This document shows positions 4,889 through 9,129 of a DNA stretch of 9,129 nt, one piece after another. The stretch spans positions 1 through 9,129 of the forward strand of contig JAQTNI010000048.1 in the NCBI GenBank assembly GCA_028713935.1, read 5' to 3'. This DNA comes from Candidatus Iainarchaeum sp. GTDB lineage: Archaea > Iainarchaeota > Iainarchaeia > Iainarchaeales > GCA-2688035. Position numbers and translations under genes: made by a program. The notes under the pieces are model-generated. The model ran no database searches. It saw only the letters and a program-made list of their open reading frames with translations, and had not been told where the DNA came from. Position 1 is the stretch's first letter. The number at the start of each line of letters is the position of its first letter.

Positions 4889-6634
4889 ATGCAAAAAGAC
4901 TATTTGAAAGACCTGATTAAGAGGGTAAAGGAATCCAACAAGGATATTGCTGCAAAGCAAGAGGAAGCAGCCAAGCAGGGGCAAAAAACAGTGCTGCCTG
5001 CAGAGCCAGTGCCAAAGCCTGTTAAACAGGCTGCAAAAACAACTGCTTCTGCAATTGATGAAAGCCTTGACATTGGAGAGGATTTAAAAAAAGGCCTTGA
5101 AGAAATAAGCAAGCCAATGAAAAAAATTGTGCCAGAAGAAAAACCCATTGAAAAATCAACTGCGGAAAGGGAAATTGAAGAGGTTGGAAAAAAAATTGAA
5201 GTTGATTCTTATGGCGAAGTAAAAATTTACCAGATTCCGGGAAAAGCCCTTCTTTATTACATGGCACCTGTTCCCCGCCCTTCAGGCTCGGAAAAAGCGA
5301 TTATTGGAACAATAAAGGAAGCAGCCACAAGGCTTATTACAATCAGCCCTTACAGGATTCGCGACCCTGAACAGAGAAGGTCAATTTACAGGCAAAAAAT
5401 TTTGGAAATTCTGCATTCAGCGCCAGAACTGCACATTCCTGAAAGAAGATTTGATTTTTACGCTGAAGCAGTTGTAAGGGAAATGGTTGGCTATGGAATG
5501 ATTGATGCCCTTGTAAGGGACGACAAGCTTGAAGAAATAATGGTTATTGGCGCAAAAAAACCTGTTTACCTGTTCCACAGGCAGTACGGAATGATGACAA
5601 GCAATATTGAATTTTATTCCGAACAGGAAATACAGGACCTTGTGAACAGGATTGCAAGGGAAGTTGGAAGAAGAGTTGACATCAGCAGCCCATTGCTTGA
5701 TGCAAGGCTTGCAGACGGAAGCAGGGTAAACGCAAGCTTTCCACCCGCATCTGTTGAAAACAGCACTTTGACAATAAGAAAATTCCGTGAAGACCCGTAT
5801 TCAATTATTGACTTGATAAACCTGAACACCTTGACTCCTGATGTTGCCGGCTTCTTGTGGCTTGCAGTTGAAGGCCTTGGAAGCAGGCCTGCAAACATTC
5901 TCATTGCAGGAGGCGCTGGAAGCGGAAAAACAACAATGCTGAATGTGCTTGCCTCTTTTATTCCTGACACTGAAAGAATAATTACAATTGAAGACACTTC
6001 TGAATTGAATTTGCCTTTGAAGCACTGGATTAGAATGGAAGCAAGGCCACCCGGCCTGGAAGGAAGGGGAGAACTGACTCTTGATATTTTGACAAAAAAT
6101 TCCCTGAGAATGCGGCCTGACAGGATAATTGTCGGGGAAGTCAGGCACGAAGAGGCTTTCAGCCTTTTCACTGCAATGAACACTGGGCACCAGGGCTCAA
6201 TGGGAACAGTGCATGCAAATTCAGCGCAGGAAACAATCATAAGAGTGACAAACCCTCCAATGAGTGTTCCGGAATTAATGATTAGCGGCCTGGACTTGAT
6301 TCTGATAGAACACAGGCTTCATGACAAAAAAAAGGGGACAATAAGAAGAGTGACTGAAATTTCCGAAGTAAGCGGAGTCCTTTCAGGAAGAAGCCAGACC
6401 CAAAAAATTTTTGAAAGAGACCCAATAAAAGACATTATCGCAAGGACTGATGCGCCAATGAATTATTTGCAGGCGCTTGGCGAATTCACTGGAATGCTGA
6501 AAAAAGACTTTGAAGACGAAATTTTCCAGAGGGCAAATTATTTGAAGCAATTAAGCAAAAAAGGCATAAGGGATTTGAAAAGCGTGCAGGAAGCAACGCA
6601 ATTGTATATTTTGAAACAAAAGGGGCTGGATTGA
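4889..6634 (+). CDS. Type IV pilus/archaellum-superfamily secretion ATPase (GspE/VirB11 T2SSE family; FlaI/ArlI-, EpdL-, TadA-like)
   Basis: 581-aa ORF. Walker A is GGAGSGKTT (nt 5909-5935). The Asp box is RIITIEDTSEL, Walker B is PDRIIVGEVRHEEA and the His box is NTGHQGSMGTVHANS. DARLADGSRVNASFPP is typical of this family. aa 1-105 are K/E/A/P-rich low complexity. Confidence 0.92.
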   Translation: MQKDYLKDLIKRVKESNKDIAAKQEEAAKQGQKTVLPAEPVPKPVKQAAKTTASAIDESLDIGEDLKKGLEEISKPMKKIVPEEKPIEKSTAEREIEEVGKKIEVDSYGEVKIYQIPGKALLYYMAPVPRPSGSEKAIIGTIKEAATRLITISPYRIRDPEQRRSIYRQKILEILHSAPELHIPERRFDFYAEAVVREMVGYGMIDALVRDDKLEEIMVIGAKKPVYLFHRQYGMMTSNIEFYSEQEIQDLVNRIAREVGRRVDISSPLLDARLADGSRVNASFPPASVENSTLTIRKFREDPYSIIDLINLNTLTPDVAGFLWLAVEGLGSRPANILIAGGAGSGKTTMLNVLASFIPDTERIITIEDTSELNLPLKHWIRMEARPPGLEGRGELTLDILTKNSLRMRPDRIIVGEVRHEEAFSLFTAMNTGHQGSMGTVHANSAQETIIRVTNPPMSVPELMISGLDLILIEHRLHDKKKGTIRRVTEISEVSGVLSGRSQTQKIFERDPIKDIIARTDAPMNYLQALGEFTGMLKKDFEDEIFQRANYLKQLSKKGIRDLKSVQEATQLYILKQKGLD

Positions 6635-7819
6635 ATGGCTTCCCTTGACAACATAAAAAAGAAAATTGCTGAAAGCAGCCAGCACCAAAAAGAAGAGCCC
6701 AATGCCACAAAAGAGCCAACCGGAGAATCCCTTGAAAGCGTTGATGTTGACAAGGTTGAAAAAATTGTCCAAAAAATGCGCAAAAAATACCAGTTGGAAG
6801 GAATAGAATTCGGTGCAATGGAAGGCTCTTTAGGAGAACTGCGGGGAATAATTGCGGAAGGCAAGACAAAAGAACTGGAAATACAAAAAATAGAGGAATT
6901 GCAGGAATTCAATTCGGGAATAGTAAAAGGAATAGGCGGAATTTATTTAAAACTCAAGGCAATACTTAATCCTTTGAGCAGAATAGTAATAAAAATGCCG
7001 CAAATGGAAACCCTTTCTTATTACCTTTTTTCCGCAAACATGAAGTATTCCATAAAACAATACGTGGCAATTACTGTCACTGTTTCCGCAATCACTTCGC
7101 TTGCAATTTTCATTGCCTCGGGCATAATAATGAGCCTTACACAATTCCCGATTGCCTGGAAAATTTTTGTCCCAATAATTCTGGTTGTATGGTTTTTTTT
7201 CCTGACAGCAATAATAATGTTCCTCATTCCAAAAGAAAAAGCAAGGTCAAGGGGAGATGCAATCAGCATAGAACTGCCTTTTGCCTTAAGGCACATGGGA
7301 ACAGAACTGCGCTCAGGAATAGGCTTGTACAGGACAATGCAGGCAGTTGCGACTTCCGATTATGGTGTTTTAAGCGAAGAATTTGCAAAAACAATTACTG
7401 AAATAGAAGAAGGCATTGAAACAAAAGAAGCGCTAAGCAGGCTTGCATTGAGAACACAAAGCAAGGCACTGAGAAACGCGCTTGTACACATGGTAAGGGC
7501 CCTGAAAACAGGTGGCAATGTTTCGGAAATAATGAACACAATTGCGGACGATGTTGGATTTGAATTGAGAATAAAAATCCGGGATTTTGCGCAAAAAATG
7601 AATTTTTTTGGAATAATATTCATTTTCATTGCAATATTAATGCCGGTAATAATCCTCATATTGGGAGGAATAAGAAACAGCGCATTCCAAAATGTCGCAC
7701 TGCCAATGAATTCAATTCCACTAACTCCAGCTGTAATGACAGCATTTTTCTTTGTAATACTTCCCTTCATGCTATTCAGCTTGGTTATTTACATTAAGGG
7801 AACACAACCAAAGGTATAA
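6635..7819 (+). CDS. Pilus platform membrane protein, single T2SSF domain (TadB/TadC- or EpdJ/K-like), with a roughly 120-aa hydrophilic N-terminal extension
   Basis: 394-aa ORF whose ATG directly abuts the ATPase TGA (TGAATG at 6632-6637). The T2SSF-like core is ELPFALRHMGTELRSGIGLYRTMQAVATSDYGVLSEEFAKTITEIEEGIETKEALSRLA...ALKTGGNVSEIM, flanked by hydrophobic helices (aa about 143-198 and 334-385). An internal alternative start is M121 (nt 6995). Confidence 0.85.
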   Translation: MASLDNIKKKIAESSQHQKEEPNATKEPTGESLESVDVDKVEKIVQKMRKKYQLEGIEFGAMEGSLGELRGIIAEGKTKELEIQKIEELQEFNSGIVKGIGGIYLKLKAILNPLSRIVIKMPQMETLSYYLFSANMKYSIKQYVAITVTVSAITSLAIFIASGIIMSLTQFPIAWKIFVPIILVVWFFFLTAIIMFLIPKEKARSRGDAISIELPFALRHMGTELRSGIGLYRTMQAVATSDYGVLSEEFAKTITEIEEGIETKEALSRLALRTQSKALRNALVHMVRALKTGGNVSEIMNTIADDVGFELRIKIRDFAQKMNFFGIIFIFIAILMPVIILILGGIRNSAFQNVALPMNSIPLTPAVMTAFFFVILPFMLFSLVIYIKGTQPKV

Positions 7820-7821
7820 AC

Positions 7822-8754
7822 ATGGCAATAAAAAAACAGGAAGGATTCGTGCTTTTGAACAAGTACAGGCACATAATCAGGCAAGCCCAATTCAAAATAA
7901 AGGCAGAGCACTGGATAATAATTTCAGCCATTGTTTCAATTGCATTATTTGCAATTTGCTTTTTTACAATTGAATTCTTAAAATTGCCCGTTTCCCAAAT
8001 CGCAAGCCTGGCATTGCTGCTCAGCTCAATTGACCTGATGCTCGGCTACCCCTATCTGAAAGCAATGGAAAGAGTCAGCCAAATAGAAGAAAACCTGCCA
8101 GATGCCCTGAAACAAATGGCGGATACTCTGAAAGCAGGCGGCACATACGAATTTGCATTAAGAGAAGTGGCAATTTCACAATACGGCCCTTTAAGCAAGG
8201 AAATAGAAAATGCCCTGAGAAAACTTGAAGAAGGGGAAAACCTTGAAACAAGCCTGAACAGCTTTGCAGAAAGCATTGATTCAAGGCTCATAAAAAGAAG
8301 CATGGCAGTAATAGTTGATTCAATAAAAGCAGGCGCAGGCCTTGCAGATGTCCTTGACGAAATTTCAAACGATATAAGGGAAATCCACAGGCTGAACAGG
8401 GAAAGAACATCACAAACCCTGCTGCAGGTAATTTTCATAGTCACAGCAGGAATAATGATAACCCCGGTTGTTTTTGGCTTTGTGGCAACAGTAATAGAAT
8501 TGTTTGTAAGATCAACTGCACAGCTCGCAGCCACAGAAGCTGACAGGCTTGCTTCTTTTGCAACAAAAGACTATATTTTCTTTTTAATGCAGGCCTATCT
8601 TTTAATTGAAGTCGCGGCAAGCAGCGTAATGATTTCCCTGATGAGAGAAGGAAAAATAAGCAAAAGCATTATATACTTCCCAGTGCTTTTATTAATAGCC
8701 TTTGTCACTTACTATGCCTCAGTATTTTTGGCAGGCACACTCATTCATATCTAA
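7822..8754 (+). CDS. Second pilus platform membrane protein, single T2SSF domain (TadC/TadB- or EpdJ/K-like)
   Basis: 310-aa ORF starting 2 nt after the upstream TAA. The T2SSF-like core is ENLPDALKQMADTLKAGGTYEFALREVAISQYGPLSKEIENALRKLEEGENLETSL...SIKAGAGLADVLDEI. Hydrophobic helices lie at the N-terminus and in the C-terminal third. Confidence 0.88.
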   Translation: MAIKKQEGFVLLNKYRHIIRQAQFKIKAEHWIIISAIVSIALFAICFFTIEFLKLPVSQIASLALLLSSIDLMLGYPYLKAMERVSQIEENLPDALKQMADTLKAGGTYEFALREVAISQYGPLSKEIENALRKLEEGENLETSLNSFAESIDSRLIKRSMAVIVDSIKAGAGLADVLDEISNDIREIHRLNRERTSQTLLQVIFIVTAGIMITPVVFGFVATVIELFVRSTAQLAATEADRLASFATKDYIFFLMQAYLLIEVAASSVMISLMREGKISKSIIYFPVLLLIAFVTYYASVFLAGTLIHI

Positions 8755-8759
8755 GGTGA
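8754..8759 (+). promoter_or_regulatory. Shine-Dalgarno-like site (AGGTGA) for pilin 1
   Basis: Matches the GGAGGTGA-type sequence complementary to the archaeal/bacterial 16S 3' end. It lies 6 nt before the ATG at 8766. Confidence 0.5.
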
Positions 8760-8765
8760 AAAAAA

Positions 8766-8891
8766 ATGTTTTTGAAAGAAGAAAAAGCACAGGGTTCGCT
8801 TGAATACCTGCTGTTAATCGGCGGAGCAGTAATAGTGGCAGCAGTGGTTGGCTTGTACCTAAAAACAAGCGCAAACGCAATTAGGCCCTGA
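8766..8891 (+). CDS. Minimal class III signal-peptide pilin (41-aa precursor)
   Basis: Not in the supplied track. It reads MFLKEEKAQGSLEYLLLIGGAVIVAAVVGLYLKTSANAIRP*. QGSLEYLLL fits the QxSxExxxL class III signal motif (Pfam Class_IIIsignal/DUF361), in which Q is +1 of the prepilin peptidase site. A hydrophobic helix follows. Supported by the SD-like AGGTGA upstream and its position right after the platform genes. Confidence 0.8.
   Translation: MFLKEEKAQGSLEYLLLIGGAVIVAAVVGLYLKTSANAIRP
8815..8841 (+). repeat. 27-nt exact direct repeat, copy 1 (pilin hydrophobic core)
   Basis: TAATCGGCGGAGCAGTAATAGTGGCAG is identical at 8815-8841 and 9006-9032, encoding IGGAVIVA in both pilins. Confidence 0.9.
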
Positions 8892-8909
8892 AAAAAACAA
8901 ACAACAAGA

Positions 8910-8917
8910 TTTATTAA
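8910..8917 (+). promoter_or_regulatory. Possible internal TATA-like box (TTTATTAA) ahead of pilin 2
   Basis: A/T octamer about 50 nt upstream of the ATG at 8966, which would give a short leader containing the strong SD. Speculative. Confidence 0.25.
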
Positions 8918-8952
8918 TTGGAAAACTCAAATTAGAATAAACAAAAATCCAA

Positions 8953-8958
8953 GGAGGT
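8953..8958 (+). promoter_or_regulatory. Strong Shine-Dalgarno site (GGAGGT) for pilin 2
   Basis: AAGGAGGT at 8951-8958, 7 nt before the ATG at 8966. This is the best SD match in the window. Confidence 0.6.
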
Positions 8959-8965
8959 TAATTGC

Positions 8966-9129
8966 ATGAATACAAAAGGACAAGGCGCATTGGAATACTT
9001 GTTAATAATCGGCGGAGCAGTAATAGTGGCAGGAATAGTCCTGACAATGCTCATAACAACAGCGCCACCAGTGCAAGGCGGAACAAACCAGGCACTCGCA
9101 GACGCAATGTGCGCAAAGTTCATTGATGG
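8966..9129 (+). CDS. Class III signal-peptide pilin, paralog 2 (partial, continues past the window end)
   Basis: It reads MNTKGQGALEYLLIIGGAVIVAGIVLTMLITTAPPVQGGTNQALADAMCAKFIDG... KG|QGALEYLLI is a QxAxExxxI variant of the class III signal motif, followed by a hydrophobic helix. The frame is still open at nt 9129. The antisense ORF 8932..9123 is treated as a shadow. Confidence 0.8.
   Translation, partial: MNTKGQGALEYLLIIGGAVIVAGIVLTMLITTAPPVQGGTNQALADAMCAKFID
9006..9032 (+). repeat. 27-nt exact direct repeat, copy 2 (pilin hydrophobic core)
   Basis: Identical to 8815-8841. The flanking bases differ on both sides. Confidence 0.9.

Noticed and set aside
5614-6240. 208-aa and 129-aa antisense ORFs inside the ATPase gene. 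Similar antisense or off-frame ORFs occur at 14..232, 367..663, 1105..1515, 1564..1851, 3278..4607 (several), 4900..5267, 6486..6912, 6947..7770, 8052..8534 and 8932..9123.
   Set aside because: All lie within or opposite ORFs that carry strong family motifs. Their translations are low-complexity or Cys/Phe/Leu-rich with no recognisable domains, as expected for shadow ORFs.
8889-8918. TGA read-through or recoding that would extend the 41-aa pilin by KKTNNKIY
   Set aside because: TGA clearly functions as a stop for the ATPase gene (6632-6634) and the gene ending at 140. The extension would add only 8 hydrophilic residues with no motif.
1-9129. CRISPR array, rRNA, transposase/IS element, integrase or a recognisable defence system
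   Set aside because: There are no regularly spaced direct repeats, no rRNA-like segments, and no DDE, tyrosine or serine recombinase motifs in any frame.

Overview
Low-GC fragment, most likely from a small-genome archaeon, possibly DPANN-like (lineage is inference). The archaeal call rests on an Nre-family repair gene, class III signal-peptide pilins, and A/T-rich TATA-like boxes about 25-30 nt upstream of operon-first start codons. Left to right: (1) the 3' end of an unidentified gene. (2) A free-standing protein with two LAGLIDADG-like motifs plus a C-terminal winged-helix domain. (3) A convergent NreA-like gene ending in a PIP-like box. (4) A bacterial-type threonyl-tRNA synthetase lacking the N-terminal TGS domain. 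(5) A 274-nt intergenic region dense in nested inverted repeats and GCAAA/TTTGC palindromes. (6) A compact type IV pilus operon of the Epd/Tad-like kind, holding a FlaI/TadA-family ATPase, two separate single-domain T2SSF (TadB/TadC-like) membrane proteins and two tandem short pilin genes. Both pilins carry the QxSxExxxL-type class III signal motif, and the second runs off the window. No rRNA, tRNA, CRISPR array or transposase is visible. The points most worth follow-up are the pilus operon (41-aa minimal pilin, long hydrophilic N-terminal extensions on the ATPase and first platform protein), the LAGLIDADG-wHTH fusion, and the structured region upstream of the pilus promoter. All family assignments come from reading motifs by eye; no database search was run.
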